Assembly (NCBI RefSeq): GCF_963921235.1
Contig: NC_086097.1
Location: 84,632,001-84,696,000 of the forward strand
Reading direction: 5' to 3'
From: Mobula hypostoma
Taxonomy: Eukaryota
Length of the DNA: 64,000 nucleotides
In this document: positions 27,354 to 39,195 of the stretch, piece by piece
Position numbering within the stretch: the first letter of the stretch is position 1
Layout of the letters: each line of letters starts with the position of its first letter
Notes under the pieces: generated by a model
What the model saw: the letters and a program-made list of their open reading frames with translations, nothing else
Databases searched by the model: none
What the model was told of the DNA's origin: nothing
Program-made: the position numbers and the translations under genes

Positions 27354-27920
27354 GTAGAGCTACTAGGACTTGATGTTTCAATCCCCATGGTAAGTTGGCA
27401 CTCTCGATGTTGGCAGTGGGTTTGGAGTGGTGACAAGGAGGGAAGGTAGGTACATCATCGGGGTCATTAGATGGGCACCCTCCTTCTTTGACGTTTCATT
27501 GATAAGCCCACGACGTCTCCAGAGGGCTCAATGGTGCTACCTGGATTACCAGATACACCCCCCTCAGTTCCATACACTCCTGTCTTCATCTTGCAGCCCA
27601 GTTGTTGTCTTTCCTTTTAATTCAAATCCAATTGCTGCTTTCTTCTGCTGCGTTTGACAAGGACTTGATTGCTTGTTGGAGGGAGTGACCCTTCACTCCC
27701 ATCTTCTTCAATAGACTGGTCGTAGATGTAGCAACGAATCCCCTGCATCCCACTTCTACAGGGAAAATCTTGGTCTTCCAGCCGTTCTGGGCAGCTTCAG
27801 TTGCCAGTTCAGAGTATTTGGTCTTTTTCCTCTCATAAGCTTCTTCTTCACCATCTTCCCATGGTACTGTCAATTCCACAACATATGCCAGCTTGGTTGT
27901 TGTGGACCACAGGACCATGT
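27354..27920 (-). mobile_element. Hero-clade (R2-group) non-LTR retrotransposon 3' fragment with restriction-like endonuclease domain
   Basis: MVLWS...VELTVPWEDGEEEAYERKKTKY...FPVEVGCRGF...SLSNAAEESSNWI*IKRKDNNWAAR*, with one premature TGA in place of Trp and the native stop at 27586-27588, followed by a 3' UTR. Confidence 0.85.
27455..27517 (-). ncRNA. Candidate non-circularly permuted hammerhead ribozyme (core G5 mutated to A in this copy)
   Basis: GACGU-C-GUGGGC...GAA-ACGUC...GCCCAU-CUAAUGA: 5-bp stem III, 6-bp stem I and GUC triplet; stem II is irregular. Confidence 0.55.
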
Positions 27921-28829
27921 GCATCCTATTCAGATGCTTCATGGAATGATGTGACAACTGCTCTGTCTGAGACCACAAGCAAATGCAGAGAGCTGTGGGC
28001 AGGGCTCAGCACATCACAGAAACCAGCATCCCCTATGGCCTCTCTCTACACTTCTTGCTGCTTTGGGAAAGCAAGCAGTATAATCAAAGACCCCACCCAC
28101 CCTAGACATTCTCGTTTCTTCCCCTTCCATTCGGCCAGAAGCTATAAAATCATGAAGGCACCTTCCAGAGCAGTCAAGAACAGCATCTGTCCTGTAAAAA
28201 GACAATTGAGTTGTCTCCTTGTACAATAAGGTGTATTTTTCACATCGCAATCTACCTTGTTATAGCCTTGCACTTTATTGTTTGCCTGCACGGCACTTTT
28301 TTTGCAACTTCGCTATTTTATTTTACATTATGTTATTATTTACATTTGTACTACCTTAATGCACTGTTGTAATGAATTTATCTGTATGGATGGTGAAACA
28401 AAGTTTTTCACTAAACCTGGGTACATATGACAACAATAAACTGATTTGCCAGTGTAGTATAGAATGGAACTTTATTGTCATTACTCAAGACAACGAGATT
28501 GCCGTGCTACTCCAGTCCATGCAAAGCAGATATTTACAGTGCATGTGTATGGCTTAATTTAAAAAAGATCCTATATTTCCATGTAGCAAATGACTTTGAC
28601 AGTCCATAACACTCAAAAGGCCGTTGGCAAGCTGGGCTGTAGCATTATTCAGCTGCACAACAGCCCTCAGAAAGCAGCTGCTTTTCATTCTTCCCGTCTT
28701 GGCTAAGATATTTCTGTTCCTCCTACCAGATGGCAGGAGATTGAACAAACAGTGCCCAGGATGGTTTGTGTTTTTAATGATGTTACGAGTGCGGTGTAGG
28801 CATTGCGAGTTGTGGATTGTCTCCAGGTC

Positions 28830-30003
28830 CAGCAGTTGACCAACTACTTTGCACTTTCAGATGTGGGTGGAGAAATGACATATGGAATTTAATCCAGGCA
28901 AATGTGATGTTTGGCACTTCCTCGCTTGTAAAGGGAAAGTATACAGTTTATGGCAGGACCCTTAACTGTATTGATATACAGAGGGAATTTTGGGTCTAAG
29001 TCGATTGCTCCTTGAAGGTGGTGCGCAAGTTGATAAGAGTGGTTAAAAAATATTGTATGGCATTGAGTTAAAGAATGTTGTGTTGCAGCTTCATAAAACT
29101 GTGTTTAGGTCATATCTTGAGGATTGCGTTTAATTCTGGTCACCCCTTTATAGGAAGGATGTTGTGTCTGTGGACAGAAGTGGTTTACGAGGTTGCTTTT
29201 TGGATTACAGGGTAAGGAGAGACTGGATAAATCGGGGTTGTTTACTCTGAAGCAGTAGAGGCTGAGGGAAAACATGGAAATTCATAAAATTATGAGACAT
29301 GAGGATAAAGCAGACAGCCAATATATTTTTCTCCCAGGGCTAAAATGTCTAATACTAGAGGGCATGCATTTAAGGCAAGAGGAGGCGTGTATTTATACAG
29401 AAAATCATCTGTGCATAGAATGCCCTGTCACGGGTGGTGATGGAGGCAAACATGAAAGAGATATTGGAAGCTCTTAGATTGGGCACATGAATATGCGGAA
29501 AATTGAGGGATATGAAGGCCATAAGACGTGGAAGTAGAATTTGGCCATTTGGCTCATCAATTCTGCTCTGTCATTCAATCATGGCTGATTTATTTTCCCT
29601 CTCTACCCCATTCTCTTGTATCTTTTCCTAACCTTTGATGCCCTACTATTCAAGAACCTATCTGCTTTAAATATACCCAATAACCATGACAACAAATTCC
29701 ACGTATTCTCTACCCTCTGGCTAGAGAAATCCTTCCTCATCTATTCTAAAGGGGCATACTTCTATTCTGAGGCTGTACCCTCTGGTCCAAGGCTCTCCCA
29801 GTAATAGAAACATCCTCTCATTTCTATTCTATCTAGGCCTTTCAATATTTGGTAGAGTTCAATGAGATTGCCATTCCCCCCCCCCCATTCTTCTAATCTC
29901 CAGAAAGTACAGGCCCAGGGCCATCAAATGCTCCTCACATGTTAATCCTTTCATCCCCAGGATCATTTTCATAAACCTCCTCTGGACCCTCTAAAATGCC
30001 AGA
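28830..30003. mobile_element. Two CR1 3' fragments (about 28830-29515 plus, 29517-30003 minus); Rex-like fragment about 28460-28825 minus
   Basis: Similarity to other CR1 3' ends in the window. Confidence 0.7.
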
Positions 30004-30504
30004 AGGCAGAAGAGATTAGGCATCTTTAGCTTAATTAGTTTGGCTTAGCATCATGGGTTGAAGTTTTTTATCTCATCTGAAAGTCAGCACTCCAGTATCT
30101 CTGTAGAGATTCAGTTTAGATTATATGTTCAAATCACTGGAGTAGGCTTTGAACCAAAACTCTTCTGACTCAGAAGCTCAGTTACTATCAATCTCTTGAT
30201 GCTAATGGGTGGTGCTGCAGATTAGCAGGCACTAAGGAAGTGCAGTGTGCAGGTGAGCTGAATGACCTTTTTAAAACATGTACCTTCTTGCATCTGGTTG
30301 ACATTTGACAACATAACAGGATCAGTTAAGGTTAGTGTATTTAACCTAATCCAGGTTAGAAAACAGAATCCATTGATAAACTTTTCATGACTCTCCTGAT
30401 CATTTTTACCTGTTGCCTCCATTCTTACCTGTCGAACTGTAGGTGCAGAATCACCAACATTGGCTACTATTCTCACTCCTGGAGTTGTTGCAGTTGAAAT
30501 ATTT

Positions 30505-30715
30505 GGTCCTCTCCAGCCCTTTATCTTTACCATCCACCCAACTTCACCTATCACCTTCTAGCTAATCCTTCTTCCCCTCCCCCCCCCCACCTTTTTATTC
30601 TGGCATCTTCCCTCTTCCTTTCCAGTCCTGATGAAGGGCCTCGAAATGTTGACTGCTTATTCATTTTTATAGATGCTGTCTGACCTGCTAAGTTCCTCCA
30701 TTAGTTTGAGTGTAT
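30505..30715 (+). mobile_element. PLE 3' fragment with hammerhead motif at 30623-30655
   Basis: CAGTC-CTGATGA-AGGGCCTC-GAA-ATGT-T-GACTG followed by the family tail. Confidence 0.8.
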
Positions 30716-31928
30716 TTATTTTGTCATCTCCTGTTTTGTACAAAAACTATTGTCCAAAATTAAGGCAAAATTAAATCATTAATACAATACTGGTACAGCC
30801 TCTCATTTCTTGACACCCCCCCCCACTGTTTTTAAATTGTCAGACAGCTTATGTCATTTTTCCAATCGCTATTTAACAGCCAGTGATATTTTTTTTTTAG
30901 TAGGCACATGTTCTTTCAATATAGATGTGCACCCAAAGAAAATAAGTTTGAAAGGTTTCTTAAAATGTGCATTTTATTGTATGTTAGTGGGCAGGGTCTG
31001 ATTCGATAAAATAATATGTAAGCCAGCAGAAAAAATTGCAAGAATTACAATGCAAGTGGTTTGCCTATAACTCAGTTTAAAATTCTCAGAACTTTTAGCA
31101 ATAGAATCAAGACACTACCCCATTAGAGAGACTGCACTACTTTTCCAATAGCATCATGACACTAAACTATTAGAAGCCATTAGGGTTTAGGTATATGGAT
31201 TTTTGGATGTTAATTTTCTAATGTAAATGATCCTGATGCCTAAAAAGGCATGCGTTCAAAGATACAAAAGTCTACGTGTTTAGCTTCACTGAGATGGTTT
31301 AAGAACAGCTGATAAAAGGTTCATAAAGCCGCAGAAATGTAAAATTATGTTTAAGGCTTTTGTACTGTATTGTTTAAATTCTGGGTATTTTGATAGAAGA
31401 TTGTATTGTGCTAATAATCAATAGAGGATCAGAAATGTGAATAGAATGGAAATCAGACACAATGCAGTTTTCTTTGAGCTTTTGTACAAAAAAACTGTAA
31501 TTAATCTGTACAGTTGTCTTTGTTTAGGTGTAACTTTTGAGGATGTTCCACCCCGGTATATTTAGCCATCATGAAAGAATCTTTCAAAGCACCAAAGAGC
31601 CCTGAAGTGTGAATCATAAGTAATTTTAAACAGCAGATGCAGGGGCAATGCTGATCTGGTGCTTCATTACGATAGAAAAACTACAGGGGGAGACATAATC
31701 AAGACGAACAACAGAAAATCTTTTTAATAAGACAAAAATAATTTAAATGTTTTCTTGTTGCAAAGCATGGTGATCTTAAATCTTGAATTCAAAATGCCGT
31801 AGGATGTGGAAGAACTGAGTAGAAATGTACTTGTTATTATCTACTGATAACAATACCTGCAATTTCACAGATATGCAACCATTCTTACTTTTCCATTATT
31901 ATAAACGCTCACATTTATTGAGAAACAT

Positions 31929-32351
31929 CTTTATGCCTGTTCTGCCGCTGGCCTTTAGGACAGCAATGAAGATCCCCATCTCTGGCGGTGTTCAGGGCTT
32001 CCTTCATTGTGTCCGTAGCTTCCTCTCAGTTTTCACTACTGCCAGTCATGCAAGTCCTGAGTGGAGACTCAGAAATACCGTTGCACTCAGATGTAGAAGG
32101 ATTTTTCATTGCTGTTTCCACAACAGTTCTGTTTTACCAGTCAGGGTTGTTGGCCCTGGGCTGAGGCCCTGAACCTTCAGGACCGGTGGACCACTCTTAG
32201 TCTGTCCTTTCCCCTTTAACCAGTTTGGCATGGGTGACCCTGCCAAGAGCCAAAGCATAAAGCCCTGACTCATGCCAACATCCAGAGGCTCTCTGGGTCA
32301 CTGAGGCATGCAAGCCTCCAAACCACAACATGGTTGTAGTCCTCTTGGAGG
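31929..32351 (-). mobile_element. Non-autonomous RTE-clade element with 12-bp TSD
   Basis: ATTGAGAAACAT at 31917-31928 and 32352-32363; minus strand has an RTE-type 5' UTR ending GGGCCAACAACCCTGACTGGTAAAAC joined to a short 3' end. Confidence 0.75.
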
Positions 32352-32504
32352 ATTGAGAAACATACTGTGACATGCCTAATGTGGGTGCAGATTCTTTCAG
32401 AAAATGCCTGGATTATTGAAATGATTGAATGAAAATAGATCAGTGTATTGACTATAATGTCTTACAGATCACATACTATTATTATTACTGTCACATTCCT
32501 TCTG

Positions 32505-32763
32505 GGCACGCTAGTGTAGCAGTTAGTACAACATTTTAGAGTAACAGCGACCTGGGTTCAATTACTGCCAAGGAGTTTGTATGTTCTCCCCGTGACTGTG
32601 TGGGTTTTCTCCGGGTGCTCTGTTTTCTATGCATAGTCCAAAGATGTACTGGTTAGTAGACTTAGTGGTCATTGTAAATTGTCCCAACGTTATGCTAGGG
32701 TTAGAATTGGGCTGGGTTGACTTGAAGAGCCTGTTTCGCGCTGTATCTCAATATATAAATAAA
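32505..32763 (+). mobile_element. V-domain SINE
   Basis: GGGTTCAATT B-box-like, GGAGTTTGTATGTTCTCCCCGTGAC...GGGTTTTCTCCGGGTGCTC core, A-rich tail. Confidence 0.8.
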
Positions 32764-33759
32764 AGTAATTGAATATGTTTAATCTATGCTATCTGCTGGT
32801 TAGAATCTCAACTCAATATTTGTGATTGTTGAGTCATTTCTGGGTAAAAGTGACATTTAGACCAAAATAATTAATTCCTGAGTAAGGGATTTATCAAAAG
32901 CCTGCAACAATAAATAATTACCAGTGCCATTGGAAAGTTAACTGGGTTTCGGAAAAGATTCTTTCATTTCCACAGGAGTTGTATGATGCTGTCTGTAGGT
33001 TCTCTGAAAGGGAGATGGACATGGTTCTGTTATAGTTCAGAGATGGTTATGGTTTCTTGGGAATCAAAATTATCGTCAGTGTCATGTCATGAAATTTATT
33101 GGTTTGTGGCAGAAGTACTTTGCAAGACATAAAAATTACCATAAGTGATAAAACAAATAGTGCAAAAGATGAACATTGATGTGGTATTCATAGGTTCACA
33201 GACTGTTCAGAAATCTGGTGGTGGTAAGGAGGAAGCTGTTCCTAAAACTCTGCAGTAAGTGTGGGTCTTGAGGCTTCTGTACTAATGAGAAGAGGGCATG
33301 CCCTGGATGGTGACAGTCTTCAATGATGAATGTCATCTTCTTGAGGCACTGCTCTTCATTGTACATCTGTAGAAATTTTCCTTCAGGCTGCTCCTGCTGG
33401 AAAAGCAAATACAGTAGTGAGAGTGACCGGGTGGCATGTCGGGGCCAAGACAGCAACCTGCATCACTGTATTAGACCTCTGTAAACCGTGTTCTACCGAT
33501 TGATGAGGTAAGTGGATTCCTGTTCACGAAAAGGGAAGGATTATCATCTTGATATGTGACAAAGTCATGGAGACAAATACTAAGAGCATGTAGCTGATCT
33601 TGATCTAAATAGGAAATGTATCCACTGCCCTTGAAGGCTAGAGTACTGGGTATTATTTACTGAAGGTACCACTGCAACCAGGTGATATTGAGGAGCATTT
33701 AGATTTAATTGAGCAAACATAATGTCTGATAGGTATTTAATATCTGAGTCCTAGGAGAC

Positions 33760-33955
33760 CGCAGATGCTGTAATCGGCAGCAAAAAAAACCTACTATAGG
33801 AACTCAGTGAGTCAGGTAGTGCCACGTGTTAATGAAGGGATGGTTGATATTTTAGGTTGAGACCTTGATACAGAATGTCAGCTTGAAACGTTGACCATCC
33901 CTTTGCCTCCACAGATGCCGTCTGACTTGCTGAGTTCTTCTAGCAGTTTGTTTTT
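33760..33955. repeat. PLE-derived foldback repeat
   Basis: GGAACTCAGTGAGTCAGG...AAGGGATGGTTGA pairs with TTGACCATCCCTT...TCTGACTTGCTGAGTTCT. Confidence 0.65.
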
Positions 33956-33997
33956 GTTTTTGGTTGTATTTGAGACAGTGGTTCTACTGAATGATTA

Positions 33998-36345
33998 ATA
34001 GTCAATAGACAATAGGTGCAGGAGTAGGCCATTTGGCCCTTCGAGCCAGCACCGTCATTCACTGTGATCATGGCTGATCATCCACAATCAGTATCCAGTT
34101 CTTGCCTTATCCCCATAACCGTTGATTCTGCTATCTTTGAGAGCTCTATCTATCTCTTTCTTGAAAGCATCCAAAGACTTGGCCTCCACAGCCTTCTGGG
34201 GCAGAGCATTCCATATATCCACCACTTCCTGGGTGAAAAAGTTTTTCCTCAACTCCATTCTAAATGGCCTACCCCTTATTCTTAAACTGTGGCCTCTGGT
34301 TCTGGAGTCACTCATCAGCGGGAACATGCTTCATGCCTCCAGTGTGTCCAATCCCTTAATAATCTTATATGTTTCAATAAGATCCCCTCTCAGCCTTCTA
34401 AATTCCAGAGTATACAAGCCCAGTCCAGTCGCTCCAACATTTCAACATATGACAGTCCCGCCATCCCGGGAATTAACCTTGTGAACCTACGCTGCACTCC
34501 CTCAATAGCAAGAATGTCCTTCCTCAAATTTGGAGACCAAAACTGCACACAGTACTCCAGGTGTGGTCTCACCAGGGCCCTGTACAGCTGCAGAAGGACC
34601 TCTGCTCTTGTACTCAATTCCCCTTGTTATGAAGGCCAGCATGCCATTAGCTTTCTTCACTGCCTGCTGTACTTGCATGCTTGCTTTCAGTGACTGATGT
34701 ACAAGAACACCTAGACCTCATTGTACTTCCCCTTTTCCTAACTTGACTCCATTTAGATAATAATCTGCCTTCCTGTTCTTACCACCAAAGTGGATACAGC
34801 ACAGATACAGGCTCTTGAGCTCAACGAGTCCATGCTGACCATGTTGTCTAGCAGGATGGTCCCTATTTCCTATGCTCATCCCATATTCCTTCAGGCCTCT
34901 CCCCTCCATGTGCCCATCCAAGTGATACTATCGTTCCTGCCTGAACCACTCTGACTTCTTATTCCATAAGCTTGCCATTCTCTACGTGGGAAAAAAGTTG
35001 CCCCCTCGATTTTGGGCTCCCCTACAGAAGTGGTTAAAAGACTGTTATCACCTGCCTAACCTCTGCCTCTCAATTTTAACCACTTCTGTAAGGTTGCCTC
35101 TCACTCTTCTATGTTCCAAGAAATAAATACCTAGCCTGGCTAGCCTCTCTCTGTAATTTAGGCTCTCCATTTCTTGGCAGAATCCTTGCAAGCCTTTTTG
35201 TGCACTCTTTCCAGTTTAGCCACATCTTTCCTATAACAGGGTGACCAAAATTTTACACAGTACTCTAAGTGCAGCTTCACCAATGACTTGTACAACTGCA
35301 ACATAATGTCTCAATGCCCTGACTAATGAAGGACAGCATGTTGAACGATTTTGTTACCACCCTATCTACTTGTGATGCTGCTTTCACCAAACTCTGCACT
35401 TGTACGTCTAGGTCCCTCTGTTCCATTACGCTCCCCATTGCTTGCCATTCATAATGAAGTCCCATGCTGGTTTGACTTTCCAAAATACATTAGCTTCCAC
35501 TTCTCTCTATTGAAATCCATTTCCCACTCCTTGGCCCAATTCCCCAGCTAATCAAGATTCCCCATGTAATCGATGATAACCTCCTTCATTATCACATTTC
35601 CTAATTTTGAGTAATTATGCAAACTTACTGATCAAGCTTTACGCATTCACATCCAAATCATTTATATTTTTTTTAAATGAATAACCAGATTCCCAACACT
35701 GAACTCTACAGCACACCACTAGTCACCCATCTCCATTCTGAGAAACACCTTCAACCACCACCCTCTGCTTCCAACCTCTGAATCCATTTTGATTCTACAT
35801 TGCTGGCTTTCCCTGGATTCCATGGGAACTGATCTTCCAGACCAGCCTGTTATACAGTGCCCTAATGTACCATTTAGGTTACATTATAAAACTCTAAATG
35901 ATTTGTCAGACATGACTTCCCACATCCCAAGCCATGCTGACTCTTCCTAATCAGACTCATCTATCCAAATGCCTATAGACCCTGTACCTCAGAATTCCCT
36001 CCAATAACCCCCGCCCCTGATGTTAGGCTGACCGGCTTGTGATCCCCTGACTTGTCCTTGCTACCCTTCTTATACAATTATCTGCCTTCTAATCTTCTGG
36101 AATTTCACCGATGGCTAATGATGAAGCAAATATCTCTACAAGGGCCTCTGAAATTTCTTCTCTAGCTTTCCACAAAGTGCAAGGATGTACTTGGCCAGGC
36201 CCTGGGGATGTATGCACCTTAATGCACTGGTAAGGCTGTAAATACCTCCTCAGTGTAAATATGAATGCTTTCTCTGAAATATCTCTACTTGTTTTCATTG
36301 TCTTTAGAGCATCCATAATTTTCTCCTCAGTAAAAACCAAGGAGA
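33998..36345 (-). mobile_element. Two adjacent CR1 fragments (younger about 33998-34795, older about 34796-36345)
   Basis: LYRALVRPHLEYCVQFWSP, RKNFFTQEVVDIWNALP, SPGPGQVHP...GEIPED. Confidence 0.9.
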
Positions 36346-36349
36346 AATG

Positions 36350-37620
36350 TTGTGAACTCGGTCAGCTCCATCATGGGCACTAACCTCCCCAGCATCCAGG
36401 ACATCTTCAAGGAGCAATGCTTCAACAAGGCAGCTTCCATCATTAAGGACCCCAGTTACCCAGGACATGCCCTCTTCTCATTGCTACCATCAGGAAGGAG
36501 GTTCAGGACCTGAAAGGCACACGCTCAGTGATTCAGGAACAGCTTTTCCCCTCTGCCATCAGATTTCTGATTGTACATTGAACCCATGAACACTACCCCC
36601 CATACCAGTAGATAATGTACTGTACTGTAGTTAGCTTCAGTTCTATAACGATAACTGGACTAGAATGCCAGTGCAGTAATTTGGTCTGCAGATGTTTCTC
36701 AGTTACGTAGAGGTGTAGAAGAGAAATGTGTTTTGGGCAATTGAAACAAACAAGAACATCTCATGCACTCAAACTTTATTTATATTATCAAAAAGCTCAT
36801 TCAGATTTTTAAAATCAGAACACTTACTAAATTGGGAACAAATATTCAGCACAGGCATTAACTGCAATTTATTGCTTATTAAACCTAGAGCAATAGCATG
36901 AGTCATTTTGAAGGAATATTATTGTTCTTTAAGACTTGAAGCACAGAAGCACAAATTTAAGTGTGTGTGGGCAGAACGAAAAGGTTACAAATAAAATAAT
37001 TGCTGTCACATGCGAAATGGAAAACTTGGCTCAAAATCTGCTGGAATGTGTCATTACAAACTATTCACCTTTTTGTTAGGTCTTTCTCCTCGTCCTTTAA
37101 AGAACGTGTGATGCACGTTGCTAGAAAGGAAGCATTTAGCAGGCGGCAAAGGTAAACTGTATTTATGGTGAATGAAATAAATTGCAGAAACTCGTAAAAT
37201 TAGTCATTTTCATCATGGGTACTTGGTAGTATCCAGGATATGTTCAAGGAGTGATGCCTTAGGAAGGCGGCATCCATCAAGCGCGACCCCCACGCCCAGG
37301 ACATGCTCTCTTCTCATTGTCACCATTGGGAAGAAAGTACAGAAACTGGAAGGCACACACTCAGTGATTCAGGAACTGCTTCCCTTCTGCCATCCGATTT
37401 CTAAATGGACGTTGAACCCACGAACACCACCTCACTACGTTTTTTATTTCTGTTTTTTCAACTATTAATCTTAACTTCATCTATTCAATACACATGTATG
37501 TACTTAGTTTTTTTTTCCTCTATATTTATTTATCATATATTTTATTGCACTGCTGTTGTAAAGTTAACGAATTTCATGACATATGCTGGTGATATTAAAA
37601 CTGATTTTGATTCTAATTCT
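36350..37620 (+). mobile_element. Rex1/Babar 3' fragments (about 36350-36595 and 37190-37620); others about 33060-33360, 40153-40590, 57175-57350 minus
   Basis: HPGHALFSLLPSG-type coding remnant and GATTCT-type tails. Confidence 0.75.
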
Positions 37621-38579
37621 GATGGAAGAAATGAAGTGTCTTACTGCAGAGATTTAAGAAAAGAGAATGAGAAGCAATAACTGGGAAAGAAACGGGGGCA
37701 ATGGGAGTTCATTTTAGGTTCTGAGAGGGAAAATGACTGGATTGAGAGAGAAGGAAATTATGTTTCACTATTTTCTCTTTCTGTATTACAGAGGCTAAGT
37801 GTGCTTTCTACAATACTCTGAAATAGGTGAGATGATTGATGGTGAGCTTTTGTGCAATGCAATTGAAAGAAAGTCATCTGTTATTTAATAAGACAACAAA
37901 GAAAACTATGTTAAAGATACATGGTATTATGTTCCTAGCAAATTCTGAGATTACATATTAGAACTTTTATCCTGAAAGCATAGACCCGTGCTGAGTAAAG
38001 TTTACAAATAATCATGCCCATTGCCATTTTACCTGCATGAGTTTAAACTCTGTGTCAATGAATTTTTCCATCATGGGGAATCATAAGGAAATCTATTTCT
38101 CTCCTAGATATGAAATATCTGCAAGAGGCATTGACTAGAAACCAGCAGAGGGAATGAGGTTAAATTTTGTATTTATGCACCTTGTCTTTCCCACTTTGTC
38201 AGAGAGCAACATGAAGACCAACTTGAAACCTGTTCCTCCTTGTACTGAGACTCCAGAGTTCTCTCAGGACCTGAAACTGAACTTTTGATCTACATAGCAG
38301 GGCTGAGAATTTTTTACTCACCAGATCATTGCTTGTAAACATTTTTATATTATTATATAACATTTGTTATTATTATCTTTGGATGCAGTTTTGTTAAAGC
38401 ATTTCCATTGGTGAACTGCATTTTGCACTGTGGATTATTGAGGGCCAGAACTGCTTGACACTGGGCAAGGTCGTTTGATTCCAAACAATTGGTTTATTGA
38501 TCATTACAGAATGTCTCTTTGGTGCTCTCCCTCTCCTCTACCTTCCCCATTTCCCAACCATGATTTCCCCCCCCCCCCT

Positions 38580-39005
38580 CTTGGAGGAACAAAACCTTAT
38601 ATTCTGTTGTGGTAGCCTCCAACCTGATGGCAAGAACATCAGGTTCTTAAACTTCTGGTAATCCCCCTCGCCTGCTTCACTATTTCACATCTCCTTTTCC
38701 CTCTCTCATTTTATCCCCTTGCCTGCCCATTGCCTCTCTCTGCTGCTCCTTCCTCCCTTTTTCTTTCTTCCATGGCCTTCTGTCTCTTCTTTCACCAATC
38801 AACTTTCTAGCTCTTTACTTCATCCCTCCCCCTCCAAGTTTCACCTATCACCGGGTGTTTTTCTCTCCCCTCCCCCCACTTGCTAATCTACTCCTTAGCT
38901 TTTTTCCTCCAGCCCTGCCGAAGGGTTTCGGCCTGAAATGTCGACTGTACTTTTTCCATAGATGCTGCCCAGCCTGCTGAGTTTCTCCGGCATTTTGTGT
39001 GTGTT
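38580..39005 (+). mobile_element. PLE 3' fragment inserted in another repeat
   Basis: LEEQNLIFCCGSLQPDGKNI, pyrimidine tract, mutated hammerhead (38910-38947), tail. Confidence 0.8.
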
Positions 39006-39129
39006 CCCTTCTCCCTGCCCCTTTACCCACTCTCAGTCCATAACAAAATCAGGTTTATCATCATTCATCATGTCATGAAATTTATTTATTTTTTGCAGCA
39101 GCTGTACAGTGTAATACGTAAAATTACTA

Positions 39130-39195
39130 CAGTACTGTGCAAAAGTCTTAGGCACCCTAGCTATATGTATATGCCTAAGACTCTTGCACAGTACT
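39130..39195. mobile_element. Tc1/mariner-like mini inverted repeat
   Basis: TA|CAGTACTGTGCAAAAGTCTTAGGCA ... TGCCTAAGACTCTTGCACAGTACT (about 24-bp arms, one mismatch). Confidence 0.7.

Larger units (their letters stand above)
26630..28440 (+). mobile_element. Decayed Rex1/Babar RT-to-3' fragment split by a Hero-like insertion
   Basis: YADD-coding segment near 27030. Rex sequence TGCACTATAGAAA (ends 27353) resumes as GCATCCTAT (27921); Rex 3' end at about 28440. Confidence 0.75.
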
